DNA of 63,785 bases, the filler included, from Octopus bimaculoides (Eukaryota), in the NCBI RefSeq assembly GCF_001194135.2. It is 8 parts of 8 records of this genome, joined end to end, with 100 filler letters (N's around TTAATTAATTAA, not from the genome) between each part and the next. Parts side by side here need not be neighbours in the genome. Positions count along the whole stretch, not along the records: positions 1 to 20,903 come from NC_068982.1; 7 more parts are not named here. One strand, 5' to 3'. This document shows positions 1-13,254 of the stretch, in pieces (position 1 is the stretch's first letter; every line of letters begins with the position of its first letter). A program made the position numbers and the translations under genes. The notes beneath the pieces are model-generated. The model was not told the DNA's origin. It worked only from the letters and a program-made list of their open reading frames with translations, and did not search any database.

Positions 1-32
<32 letters not shown>

Positions 33-89
33 TATTACATAGAATGTTAAATAAAATTCAAAATGATTGTGTTTGTATGTGAAAGAGAG

Positions 90-1036
90 AAGTATTGTTA
101 TCCAGAAGACCTAAGAAGCCAGGTAATGTTGTGTAAGTACTACCGGGAGACCGTAGTTAGACTCTCAGTTCGATAATAATGCAAGTGAGGAGTCTAATGC
201 GGGACTTCTGTGAGCATGTATATGTCAAATAAAATAAGAAAACATAGCCAAGGCTGTGTGGAATTTATAGGACATTTATAAAAGGAAAGGTAGTCTTACA
301 GCTATTTCTGTAAGAGACGATATGAGAGAGTTAACTAGAGGGAAATAGTGGATTTCAATATAAAAAGTTATTTTTGAAAAGGATTGGTATAGGAAGTATC
401 AAGGGAAATAAGACAATAAAAATAAAAATATATGTAAGATGTTACAGTTGCAGCTCCATTATCCACGGAAAGTACTGTGTAGAATGGGTAGAAATGCTTC
501 TTGTCCATTGCATGTAGATTCCAATAGGAGTTCATATTTTGTTATTACAAATGGATAGTGTAATAACAAAATATCAACTTCTATCGGAATCTACATACCA
601 TGGACAAGAAGCATTTCTACCTATTCTACACAGCACTTTCCTTGGATAATGGAACTGCAACTGTAACATCTTAATTATATTTTTATTTTTATTCTTATTC
701 TCTTATGCCCCTTTATACTTCATATATCCATCCTTTTCCAAAATAACTCTTTATATTGAACTCTACTATTTCCCTCTAGTTAACTCTCTCATATCGTCTC
801 TGATGAAGGGATATCCCTAATATCTCAGAAACAGTTATAAGACTAACTTTCTCTTTATAAATGTCCTATAAATTCCACACAACCTTGGCTTTGTTGTCTC
901 ATTTTATTTGACATATACATGCTCACACAAGACCCGCATTAGACTCCTCACTCGAATTATTATCGAACCGAGAGTCTAACTACCGTCCTCCCATGTCACT
1001 TATATAGCCTTAACTGCCATCTTCTTGATACCAATA

Positions 1037-1038
<2 letters not shown>
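90..1038. repeat. Large imperfect foldback (arms ~90-548 and 560-1038) built from Penelope-like terminal sequence
   Basis: GTTATTAC(541-548) pairs with GTAATAAC(560-567). Complementarity continues outwards, e.g. CATGTATATGTCAAATAAAAT vs ATTTTATTTGACATATACATG, with substitutions and indels. Confidence 0.85.
796..843 (+). ncRNA. Degenerate type I hammerhead-ribozyme-like motif (Penelope pLTR type)
   Basis: Stem I GTCT/AGAC, core CTGATGA (800-806), stem II GGGATA/TATCTC, GAAA (828-831), short stem III CAGTTATA. The opposite arm reads GAAATAGCTGTAAGAC, suggesting an ancestral palindromic stem III and a GUA cleavage triplet. Confidence 0.6.
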
Positions 1039-1084
<46 letters not shown>

Positions 1085-2174
1085 TCTGTTTCACACACAC
1101 ATACACACATGTACCCGCACAAACACACACACACACACACACACATCTGTAGTACATGGAGTTATACGGTCATAGTTTTGGTTATATAATGGATCCTGTG
1201 TGACTGAGGCTATTGTAGAGGAACCTAATGTTAGATCGACCGCACCTATCTACATTACCATTCAAAGCATTATTTGGTATAATAGAAGGGCAATTCGTGT
1301 ATCGATTTAACAATCACTTCTATTCTTTTACGAGCTTGAGTGTGTGGAACAACGAAGTTCTCTACTGACGTTTGGAAAACTGCACAATGCATCACTGCAC
1401 AGGATTATCGTGGAGAGATGCAGAATTTACGTAAACGACAGCAGATATGAAGTGACAGTAGATTGAGTTACATAGTTGCTGAGCATTCCGATGTTAGAGT
1501 TCGCGGATCATTGACTTTGCGTTTACGTTACATATGAATTGATATTTACTTTACCTGCCGTAGCCTTTATTCTGTATGTATATACAACTGAATCTACATG
1601 AGTAATTGGCTTCAGTCATTGTGGCAGGCTTGTTTGCTATAAATTTCTTTAGTTTAGTGGTATAACTAAAACAGTTTCATATACATAGATAGAAAGGCTA
1701 GAAAGAGGTGTCACATGTATGGCAAGAGGTAGTTGATTTTAATGCTTCATTTAGCGCGTAGTGTATAAGAGTTGTACGCTAAATCATATTACACACGGAA
1801 CTGAGCCACCATGCTTATTAATTACGTATCAACAAAATGCATACTAACACACTTACACTCATAAATACACAATTGCATACACATACATATATCTACTAGT
1901 ATTATCAGAAATGTGACCGATCTAAATATAATGTAAATGTAATATCTTATTTGGACTGATATGGAAGACTCATTTGCTGTAGTTTTTCCAACGTGCTGCC
2001 TGTTTCTAGGTGCGGTACGCACAACCCCCGACACATATATGCATGTAGGTTTACCCATTTAAAAGTAAATTAGATTATCAGAGTTCACAGTTGCAGTTTG
2101 TGTAAATGAATTTGATACAAGTTCGAAATTAATATTATTCTTTTAAAAGTAATAACTTATCATATAATAGTTAA

Positions 2175-2403
2175 TGGTACCTAATTACCTCAGGTAATCT
2201 TTATACATAATCCAACACTTTCAGTAATTTATCTATCATATAATCACTCCAAAGCATTTGTTGTTTCATTTTATTTAACATATACATGCTCACAGAAGAC
2301 CCGCATTATATTCCGCACTCTAATTATTATCGAACCAAGAGTCTAACTACAGCCCTCTCGTAGCACTTATGTAGCCTTACCTGCCATCTCCTGGATACCA
2401 ATA

Positions 2404-2451
<48 letters not shown>

Positions 2452-2455
2452 TCTG

Positions 2456-2498
<43 letters not shown>

Positions 2499-2721
2499 AC
2501 TGTAGTAGATGGCAGGTAAGGCTACATAAGTGCTACGAGAGGACCATATTTAGACACTCGGTTCGATAATAATTCGAGTGAGGAGTTTAATGTGGGTCTT
2601 CTGTGAGCATGTATATGTCAAATAAAATGAGACAACAAATGCTTTGGAGTGATTATATGATAGATATGATACTGAAAGTGTTCGATTATGTATAAAGATT
2701 ACCTGAGGCAGTTAGGAACCA
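2175..2721. repeat. Inverted repeat (2175-2389 / 2507-2721) with a (CT)n(CA)n spacer; shares a module with the 90-1038 foldback
   Basis: TGGTACCTAATTACCTCAGG at 2175 vs ACCTGAGGCAGTTAGGAACCA at 2701. Both arms are 215 bp. Confidence 0.85.
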
Positions 2722-3350
2722 AATCATTTTACGAGGAAAGCACGTTAATCTTTGCATGACCAAACAAGCATCTCAAAAGGATTACTTAGAAAGTTTGCGT
2801 ATATTTTCACAACTTCATTATAAAATAACACATCTTTACATATTAAAATAGCGTTTTAAAAATAATACAAACAAATGAGTGGACAACCCTCAAATATACC
2901 TCTTTCATCTTAATTGGAAAAGAACAAAAAACTATTTACGGAGATATATAAATAAGGCAGATTTTTCACTTCCCAATCTTTTCCATCCATATAGACATCG
3001 ATATCATTCATAGGAATGTTTAAATATACACACAAGCACACATCCGATCAACAAGTTAGATAAAAGTAATAATTGAAATTTGAGTGTCAGCATAGTCATA
3101 TATTAATGTGGAAAAATCTTCTAAGAACTAAATAGATCAAGTAAAATAATGAAAAGAATATAAGCGAAAAGTAAAGGAAACAAAATAAAGGTAAAAAAAT
3201 AAAGCGAGAGAGGGGCAAGTGGAAAGGGTTAGGAACCATAGAAGTAAGTATAGATCAGTGGTTGTCAATCATTTTTCACCTATGGACCCCTTTGATCAGT
3301 ATTTAGCTCAGGTGGACACAAAACCATTCCATGGTGAAAAAAATTCTATT

Positions 3351-3760
3351 ATAGGCGCAGGGGTGGCTGTATGGAATGAAGCTTGCTTCCCAACCACATG
3401 GTTCCGTGTTCAGTACCACTGCGTGTGACCTTGGAGTGTCTTCCACTATAGTCTCGGACCTTGTGAGTGGATTTGGTAGATGGAAACTGAAAGAAGCTCG
3501 TCGTATGTATATGTATATATATCTGTGTGTGTGTGTGTGTGGGTGTGTGTCTGTGTCTGTGTGTCTGTGTCTGTGTGTGCCCCCCATCACCGCTTGACAA
3601 CCGGTGTTGGTGTGTTAACGTCTCTGTAACTTAGCGGTTCGGCACAAGATACCGATAGAGTAAGTACCAGGCTTTAAAAAAATAAGTACTTGGGTCGATT
3701 CTTTCGACTAAAAATTCAAGGCCGCAGCCTAATGAGTGAAACAAGTAAAAGGTAAAAGGA
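3351..3760 (+). mobile_element. tRNA-derived SINE, family A (head + internal microsatellite + 3' half)
   Basis: A-box-like TGGCTGTATGG and B-box-like GTGTTCAGTACC; collinear with the copy at 32769-33283. Confidence 0.85.
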
Positions 3761-3861
3761 AAAAGGTATAGTATTATAATGAAATATAGTTAGGAACTGT
3801 ATAAAGAAATTCTTAAAATATGTTGTGTATTGTAGAAGCATTACCGATTTATTGCACTATC

Positions 3862-3916
<55 letters not shown>

Positions 3917-3933
3917 CTGCCTGCCTGCCTGCC

Positions 3934-4300
3934 TGCATTTGTGAGAGAGTTCTCTAAAAAGTCACCAACGACAATGCAGGAAGGCTGTTTGTGCTGGGCA
4001 AAAGGATTTGGACGACAACTAACGTCGGAAGAGAGGGTTGTGCAGGTTCACCAGAAACTCTTGCGAAGCCCCAAGAAGTCCATAAGAACAAGTCTAGGAA
4101 CCCAAATCCTCCAACGACAGTTAGGCGCGTCTTGAAGAAACGCTTGCTAATGAAGCTGCAGCTTGTTCAGGCCATAACGGCAGATGACAAGCGAAAGCAC
4201 AAACAATTCTGTGTTGATATGCAAGAGAAACTTGAAGAAACCGACTTCAAGAACGTCATGTTTTCGGTGATGAGGCTACATTTGATACGAATGGCAAAAT
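3934..4300 (+). mobile_element. Tc1/mariner (Tc3-like) transposase pseudogene fragment, truncated by a gap
   Basis: Frameshifted translation RSPKKSIR...TTVRRVLKKRLLMKLQLVQAITADDKRKHKQFC...F-GDEATFDTNGK, which includes the first catalytic D motif. Confidence 0.75.
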
Positions 4301-5677
4301 NNNNNNNNNNNNNNNNNNNNNNNNNNNNNNNNNNNNNNNNNNNNNNNNNNNNNNNNNNNNNNNNNNNNNNNNNNNNNNNNNNNNNNNNNNNNNNNNNNNN
4401 NNNNNNNNNNNNNNNNNNNNNNNNNNNNNNNNNNNNNNNNNNNNNNNNNNNNNNNNNNNNNNNNNNNNNNNNNNNNNNNNNNNNNNNNNNNNNNNNNNNN
4501 NNNNNNNNNNNNNNNNNNNNNNNNNNNNNNNNNNNNNNNNNNNNNNNNNNNNNNNNNNNNNNNNNNNNNNNNNNNNNNNNNNNNNNNNNNNNNNNNNNNN
4601 NNNNNNNNNNNNNNNNNNNNNNNNNNNNNNNNNNNNNNNNNNNNNNNNNNNNNNNNNNNNNNNNNNNNNNNNNNNNNNNNNNNNNNNNNNNNNNNNNNNN
4701 NNNNNNNNNNNNNNNNNNNNNNNNNNNNNNNNNNNNNNNNNNNNNNNNNNNNNNNNNNNNNNNNNNNNNNNNNNNNNNNNNNNNNNNNNNNNNNNNNNNN
4801 NNNNNNNNNNNNNNNNNNNNNNNNNNNNNNNNNNNNNNNNNNNNNNNNNNNNNNNNNNNNNNNNNNNNNNNNNNNNNNNNATATATATATATATATATAC
4901 ATATTTTCTGAGTGTCATTTGCAATATGCTTTAATCTTTGTTGTTATGAGAATGAATTGCTTGCGCCAGTAATATGTTGGATATTAAATAATTATCATTT
5001 ATATTCTTCATGTATGTGAGCCCTGAATTGTTGGAACAAGAAAAGCATGTAATACAAAAGACTCAACTCTTGGACTTACTGTATTATACGTCATCTCTAA
5101 GGAATTTGCATTGACGGGCTTCTTTCAAGAAAAACTTTCCATTTCTATACGCTCTGTTAGCTAGCATTCGCAGGAGTGGTGACTGAGGAAATAATTCGGA
5201 TGTGTATGGCCGTCGTACAGTTGAGTTATGATAAAAACCACACAATATTAAATGGAAGAATTACTCAATACTTTTTTGTAGAGTACATATTATGATTCTA
5301 CAAGAGGGGCCAAAGTGACTTGGAAATTTCGGTCTGCAGTCCGAAGAAGTGTAGTCAACCGACTCTTCCAAGTCACTATTATCTCCCTTCTTGCAAAGGT
5401 ATTAAAGTATTAGCTACTCGATTTGTTGAGCANNNNNNNNNNACAAAATTTTAAATTTAAAAGAGAGTTTTGACGCTGATATCCATTATTATTGAAATTT
5501 ATCCCTATGTCAACATTTATGTATAAGGCTATATTTAACTGTCAAATTCAAGTCAAACATATAAATTGCCTTACACATCTTCAAGGAAAAAGGTTAAGAA
5601 CAAAAGGTAAACACCAAAACATCATCAACACATTGTGGAGATATCATCGTATGAACAAATATATATTATATATATGT

Positions 5678-5880
5678 ATTTGTACGTCCCCCCTCCAAAG
5701 CTTGACAACCGATCCGACGTTGGTGTGTTTACAACTGCGTAACTTAGTGTTTCGCCAAAAGTAACCGATAAATAAGTACTAGGCCTACAACAAATAAGTA
5801 CTGGGGTCGATTTGTCCGATTAAAGGCGGTGCTTCAACATGACCGCAGTCAAAATTACATTACTGACACAAATAAAAGAA
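5678..5880 (+). mobile_element. SINE family A, 3' half
   Basis: GCTTGACAACCG...GTAACTTAG...TAAGTACTGGGGTCGATTTG...GGCGGTGCTTCAACATGACCGCAGTC matches the other copies. Confidence 0.75.
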
Positions 5881-6259
5881 TATGCATATTATATGCACAA
5901 ACACACTCGCCTACGAGCACATGCATCGCATGTAACATGGCAGGATGATTAATTTCTCTACCTGTTTTAAGTTTCCTATACATTAGGACATGCATGCAGA
6001 ACACATGCATGCAGATATGCATGCAGAACACCTTCCCTAGATACAGCGGAATATCCATAAAATGAAAACTAGTAGAAGGGAGAACGGCATCATTTATCGG
6101 TAGGTTCTAATTGTCTTTAGTATGAAATGAAATGACTTATTCCAGGATATACATCCGCACGTTCTATGTATCGAATTGATGATTTTTACGTCCTAAGCTG
6201 AACCTCATAGCTACAAGGCCATGCATCATTACATGCACAGACATACGCATTACTCACCT

Positions 6260-6290
<31 letters not shown>

Positions 6291-6356
6291 NNNNNNNNNN
6301 NNNNNNNNNNNNNNNNNNNNNNNNNNNNNNNNNNNNNTGTGTGTGTGTGTGTAAGA

Positions 6357-8150
6357 GAACGCTGGTTAATTTCCACACCAATAATTTTGCCTCATAAATT
6401 CCAAATTAACGCATTCCAAACGAGCAGGACCAACAAAGACAATTAAGGGAGAAACTAACACTGGAAAAAATGAAGACAGAAATAGAACTTCATAAGCTTA
6501 GAGCGCTAAGCAATGAACAAAAATTTTAAAACATAGATGAGGAAATCTACAACGAATTAAAGAAACATTCAGATGGTCAACGCTTGGAAAGTGTCTTTAA
6601 ACTGTGGAAAACAGCTTGTGAAGCTGAAGAAACAAGCTCCCTACAACGCTGGGAAAAACAAGCCAATTTCTTTATTAACTACGAAACACAGTTCAACATA
6701 GAATATGCATCGGAGAACCCCTTCTTGAAGAAAAATAAACCAAAAACATACACAGAAAAGAACCCACGCTTAGCTAACACAAGCCACAGACGGTCAAGGG
6801 GACACAACTCCACCGACCTAACCTCACACCACAAAATAACTTACAAACAACACTCAGGAATTCAGCCTACAATAGAAAATCGGGACGTAATCCTCATGGC
6901 ATCCTACATACAAATCAAAGGTTCCATCGAAACCTCCAGACTAACCCAAACTTTTGGGAACCAATTCCTACCAATCATCTCTCAATAAATGGAAGAATTT
7001 ACCTCCGAGACTTAACCCTCAACATGGTTACTTCAATCATTCAACTAGACACAACCTAACTAGACAATATAACTCCCTCCACCCACATTACAATATTAAA
7101 AATAAATTTAACCCAAACCACATCAACCCTAGACAATATAACAACCTTCAGTACAACCATGATCTAGCCCGCTACACAGTCACTCCACCACAAACATATA
7201 ACCACAGACACACTTTACACCCATTTTTTCCTCAGCAATCCAAACACAATACAGACTTTCCACAACAATCCACCTACTACAACCATTTTTTAGACCTAAA
7301 TTAGAGAAACAGAGATGTGAAATGGAACAAAATGTACAAGAACAACCGAAAATAATCAACTTATCAAAGCAAATCCTAAGTATTACGCAAACTAAAATTC
7401 TACCAAGAGGTTTAAAGTTTACTCCAATCCCTAGCAGATCGAACCCGAATGAAATTAAGAATAACACTATGGATTTCTGCCGAAAATTACGCCTCACAGA
7501 AGCACTTCACAGCTACACCAGCGAAGATGACTCAATAGTAATAAACAAAAGTGAATACAAGAGGCAGAGATAAAGCACTTGATGCTTTTTGTAAACACAT
7601 TACCAGTTTTCCTTTTAATACCCTACAAAAACAACGAATCTAACCTTAATGTAAAAGGATGGAAAGGCCTAATCGAGTTAAAAAATGATATAAACCTCAC
7701 CATTAAAGAAGCCGACAAAGGAAGTGAGGTAATGGAGATGGACACAGAGTACTACAAAAAGTTAATACTCTCCATGTTGGAAAATAATATTTATTATGTG
7801 AAGATAGTACAATGCAACCAACAGAAGACTCTTAAAAACTTATCCTGTTTACTTCAAATACATGGAAAGGGCCTCACTAAACATGAAATTGACTATCCAA
7901 TTTTAAATACAGACCTAGTCTATTGTACAGATTACCTAAAATACTCAAAAATCCACATATTTGTAAAGCTTGCAAAGTTTCTCCAAGCCTATGCATTAAT
8001 GTTCCCCCCCCCCCNNNNNNNNNNCCTACTGACCTCAAACTGAGACCCATCATTGCGGGCCCTGCTTGTGAAACCCAACGTTTGAGCAACTTCCTCGACA
8101 TCTTACTCAAACCGTTTCTAAAATATGTGAAAAGCTTCATCAGGGATGAC
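6357..8150 (+). pseudogene. Penelope-like retroelement ORF, N-terminal part and start of RT; frameshifted and 3'-truncated
   Basis: Motifs IINLS...RGLKFTPIP, NLTIKEADKGSEV and YRLPKI...LRPIIAGPACETQRLSNFLDILLKPF...SFIRD, typical of the PLE RT N-terminal region. Confidence 0.8.
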
Positions 8151-9255
8151 TATTTTGTTTTTGTAACATATTTCTATTATATATATATGTATATATATAT
8201 ATATATGGTGGAGGGGAATGGCTCTGTCATGTGATTAACGGCACAGTTTCAGTAGTTTTCACTATATACTTGCAATGTTCTGCGTAGCCACGTATGACTT
8301 GCGCTGATATCGTTAAATCCGTACCTCGTAAACCGAGAGAAGTAATACTAACGTTTGTAAATGATGTGGAGCAGGAAGAATTGGAAAGAATTGCAGAAAA
8401 TTAAACGATATTTCATTATCTTAATCAGGAGAAAATAAATCGGTTAGTTATATTCATGTATTTCGATTTTCTTCTACAGTGGAGCTGTTTGTATTTTGTT
8501 TGGAGTCTTATATGCAATCTGTTGCATATAATGTTTAATTACACCTTACACTCTACAGTTAATTCAGTCATTATTAGATTCCTGCGGTAAATTATCGACG
8601 CATGCTTCGAATCGAAGACACCTTGTTATGCTTGACACTAGTACGTATTCACTGTTTGGAAGGAAATTGTATTAATATGAGGAAAAATACGAGGTTGTTA
8701 AAACCTTATGGAGAAAATGCAATATACATATATATATGTCTTCAAATTGTATTTTGTTCGAGGTCTTTGATTCTTGAAATGATGTAAAATATCTATCGGG
8801 GATATTGAACGTATAAGTTTTAGAGTGGGATGCTTTTGAAAACTATATTCTTTTTGGTACATTTGTCAATGCTTCTGTTTACATATAGTAAAATTATTGC
8901 GTGTATTGTGGAATATGTTTCATCGTTTCATGTGTATGTGTGTATGTTTCATCCAAACAAACACACATACACACACGCACACACATGTGGGTGAACCGGT
9001 CGTGCTACGTTAATCAATTTACCATTTATGTGGTTGAGATAAATATGACACAATTATGATAAGAGTGTCGAAAATAGATTTATGCAAAGTAACTGAGAAG
9101 TGTTGGATTTGGTAGGATCTGTGAAGGCTAATCTTTAACGCAAGACACAAAGGGCTCTGATCTAATCAGTGGCTCTGTTTCTGTTTTCTATTCCAGTTTT
9201 GCGCTTATGTTTCAGACTACCATACATACACGCATGCACGCATAAATACATGCGT

Positions 9256-9425
<170 letters not shown>

Positions 9426-10080
9426 ACCTCTGCAAAAAAAGTATAGTGTTTTACTGGATTTTATTGAAGGGCTAAAAAAACAACGCTGAGTATTGTTTTG
9501 CGCCACCTACAGACATAGATGTATATTTATACATACATATATACGTGTGTGTGTGTGTGAGCATGTCTGTATATCTATATCTATATATAAGTGTGTTTGT
9601 GTGTTTGTGTGCATGTGTGATACACACTTATATATTTATACACTTCACGGATATATATAAATTGATATACAAATTTCTAGAATATCAACCTCATAAGTTC
9701 TATAGCAGAATGCGTGATAAAACTATTCGATATTTTATACTACTTGTGGTTCTTTATCTTCAATGGTAAACTAATTATTTTTTCTTATTTGTTTATATCT
9801 CTGAAATTAAAGAGTTCGTGAGCAAAGTTATTGATTTCAAAGATTCAGTTTCACTTCTTTTCGTTGTGTCTTTCTCTTTATGAAAGAAAACGTATCACAA
9901 CAACACTTGATAGACGTCTCAAAAAATATTCATCTCATTACTGAATAGCTTCTATGGGGTTTAGCAAATATTTACAAAGAACTTCTGTTTAGCACCACTT
10001 TTAGGATAAGTAGAGAGAGGTTCCATTGTCTGTAAACTTATGTCTAATGTGTAATGTGTGTTTGTGTATGCATATTTATA

Positions 10081-10890
10081 AAGACGCAGGCGTGGCTGTG
10101 TGGTAAGAAGCTTTCTTCCCAACCAAATGGTTCCAGATTCAGTCCCACTGCCTGGCACCTTGGGCGAGTGTTTTCTACTATAGCCTTGGGCAGACCAAAG
10201 CCTCGTGAATAGATTTGGTAGATAGAAGCTGAAAGAAGTCCGTCGTCTAACAACCTACGTACGTACCCACCTACCTACCTACCTANNNNNNNNNNNNNNN
10301 NNNNNNNNNNNNNNNNNNNNNNNNNNNNNNNNNNNNNNNNNNNNNNNNNNNNNNNNNNNNNNNNNNNNNNNNNNNNNNNNNNNNNNNNNNNNNNNNNNNN
10401 NNNNNNNNNNNNNNNNNNNNNNNNNNNNNNNNNNNNNNNNNNNNNNNNNNNNNNNNNNNNNNNNNNNNNNNNNNNNNNNNNNNNNNNNNNNNNNNNNNNN
10501 NNNNNNNNNNNNNNNNNNNNNNNNNNNNNNNNNNNNNNNNNNNNNNNNNNNNNNNNNNNNNNNNNNNNNNNNNNNNNNNNNNNNNNNNNNNNNNNNNNNN
10601 NNNNNNNNNNNNNNNNNNNNNNNNNNNNNNNNNNNNNNNNNNNNNNNNNNNNNNNNTATATATATATATATATTATGTCTCTGTGTGTCTGTACTTGTTC
10701 CACCACAAAGCACCACAACCGCTTCTCATCCGTTGTCGGTGTGTACGTTCCCGTAGCTAAGCGGTTCGATATATGATGTCGATAGAATAAGTACCAGACT
10801 TCAAGAAATAGGAACCGAGATCAAGTCATTCAAGAGGATATCCCAGCATGGCCCCAACCTATTAACTGAAACTGCTGAAAAAAAGTAAAA
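10081..10890 (+). mobile_element. SINE family A split by an assembly gap
   Basis: Head at 10081-10250 and 3' half at ~10680-10890. Confidence 0.75.
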
Positions 10891-11029
10891 AGTTTATATA
10901 CATACATACAGACACATACACGTATGCATATATACACATGTACATCTGTGTTTATATATATATTTGTGTTTGTCTGTTTGTGTCTTGCTCACCTTTGTAT
11001 GCCCTCATGACCATAAATGTTTGTAATAT

Positions 11030-11205
11030 TAATGATCCTTTCTACTATAGGCACAAGGTCTGAAATTTTCGGGGATAGGAAAAGTTGAACACATCGACCA
11101 CAGTACTTGACTGTTACTTATCCCGAAAGAATGGAAGGCAAAGTCGACATCATCGGAATTTGAAGTCAGAACGTAAAGACATACGAAATGCCGCTAAGCA
11201 TTTCT
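11030..11205 (-). mobile_element. tRNA-derived SINE, family B
   Basis: GATCCTTTCTACTATAGGCACAAGG...GGCAAAGTCGAC...GAATTTGAAGTCAGAACGTAAAGAC, homologous to 33741-33906 and 59592-59770. Confidence 0.75.
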
Positions 11206-13254
11206 GTAAAACCTATATCTGAGGATTTCTCCATATATGTAAAAAAGTGCGAAGAAAGAATTACCCAAAATTCTGAGTACTGCTTTTCTTTAATATATAT
11301 ATAAAGCGACGAAAACATTTTGACAAACTAAATTTAAATGTTGAAGTGAATCTAACGGATTTTGTGTGTTATTTTAAATGGCTTATAAACACCTTCCACG
11401 CTGCAATTGTTTTCGTTCCAGCACACGATCTCAGACCAGGTCACTTGCTATGCAAGTGCATCTCCGTAATATATATATATAAATTTATTAATGAGGGTAG
11501 AAATTGATATTGATCATTTAAAACCAGTGGTCTAGCATATTAAAAAATCCGAAGATTAANNNNNNNNNNNNNNNNNNNNNNNNNNNNNNNNNNNNNNNNN
11601 NNNNNNNNNNNNNNNNNNNNNNNNNNNNNNNNNNNNNNNNNNNNNNNNNNNNNNNNNNNNNNNNNNNNNNNNNNNNNNNNNNNNNNNNNNNNNNNNNNNN
11701 NNNNNNNNNNNNNNNNNNNNNNNNNNNNNNNNNNNNNNNNNNNNNNNNNNNNNNNNNNNNNNNNNNNNNNNNNNNNNNNNNNNNNNNNNNNNNNNNNNNN
11801 NNNNNNNNNNNNNNNNNNNNNNNNNNNNNNNNNNNNNNNNNNNNNNNNNNNNNNNNNNNNNNNNNNNNNNNNNNNNNNNNNNNNNNNNNNNNNNNNNNNN
11901 NNNNNNNNNNNNNNNNNNNNNNNNNNNNNNNNNNNNNNNGTGTAGAGCTCCGTGAATTACACTCAGTGTATCCTTTCAAATGTCTTCAAATCTGGCGCGC
12001 TATGTAAATGTTAACTTATGTAAATGTTAACAGGTGAAACCATGGTACGTAAATTAATCGTATTTTAGTATTTTTTCATTTGTCTTACTCATTTAGTCTG
12101 TTGTGTCGCTGATTTTTTCTACTGAGAACATTCTTTTTCGTGGTTGGATGATTCGGCATCTATTTCTAGCATTCAGGAATCCAGATTTGCTGGTCATTCC
12201 TCTTATTCTTGTATATATATATATATATATATATATATTCCGAATTTGTGTAAATGTGTATAGAATAATATATCAATTGAATATAATTACAACATGGTCT
12301 GGTTTTCAGGTTTATTATTATTGTATTTAAAAAAAGAGATTTTTATAATGTTGAAGTGTGTTAAACATCAAAAGAATATTTTGCAATGTTCATAAAGTTC
12401 AATTAGTGCTTTCATACGTTCGTAGTAGTCATCAAATTTGAAAGGGAATTTAACTGACAGTTGAGTTTTCGACAAATGCAGTAAAATGACTGATTTCTTC
12501 CTTTTTTATACTTTTTAGAAGACTCCAGCAAGCTGAATTTTTCGAATACGGTTTTAACCAATCAGCATGCAGCTTAAACGTCACGGTTTCCCGTATGCAA
12601 CGATAATACTGGCATAAATCCAAGGCGTGATCTAGTAATAAGAAACGTGAAAACTACACCGTGTTGTAACTTTATTCAACTAATATATATATATATATAT
12701 CTTCAACTAATATATATATATTTCACTAAATGTATGTATGTGTGTATGCATATATGTATGTACGTGTATCATAACTACCCTCCGGCTGCACCTCTCCTAC
12801 CCACGGATTACACTGGACCCATCTTCTGATTGGAAATCGCTTCAATATNNNNNNNNNNNNNNNNNNNNNNNNNNNNNNNNNNNNNNNNNNNNNNNNNNNN
12901 NNNNNNNNNNNNNNNNNNNNNNNNNNNNNNNNNNNNNNNNNNNNNNNNNNNNNNNNNNNNNNNNNNNNNNNNNNNNNNNNNNNNNNNNNNNNNNNNNNNN
13001 NNNNNNNNNNNNNNNNNNNNNNNNNNNNNNNNNNNNNNNNNNNNNNNNNNNNNNNNNNNNNNNNNNNNNNNNNNNNNNNNNNNNNNNNNNNNNNNNNNNN
13101 NNNNNNNNNNNNNNNNNNNNNNNNNNNNNNNNNNNNNNNNNNNNNNNNNNNNNNNNNNNNNNNNNNNNNNNNNNNNNNNNNNNNNNNNNNNNNNNNNNNN
13201 NNNNAAGGGGCACAATACTGGAGATTCAGTATGCACCAAGTGGCAAAATTATGC

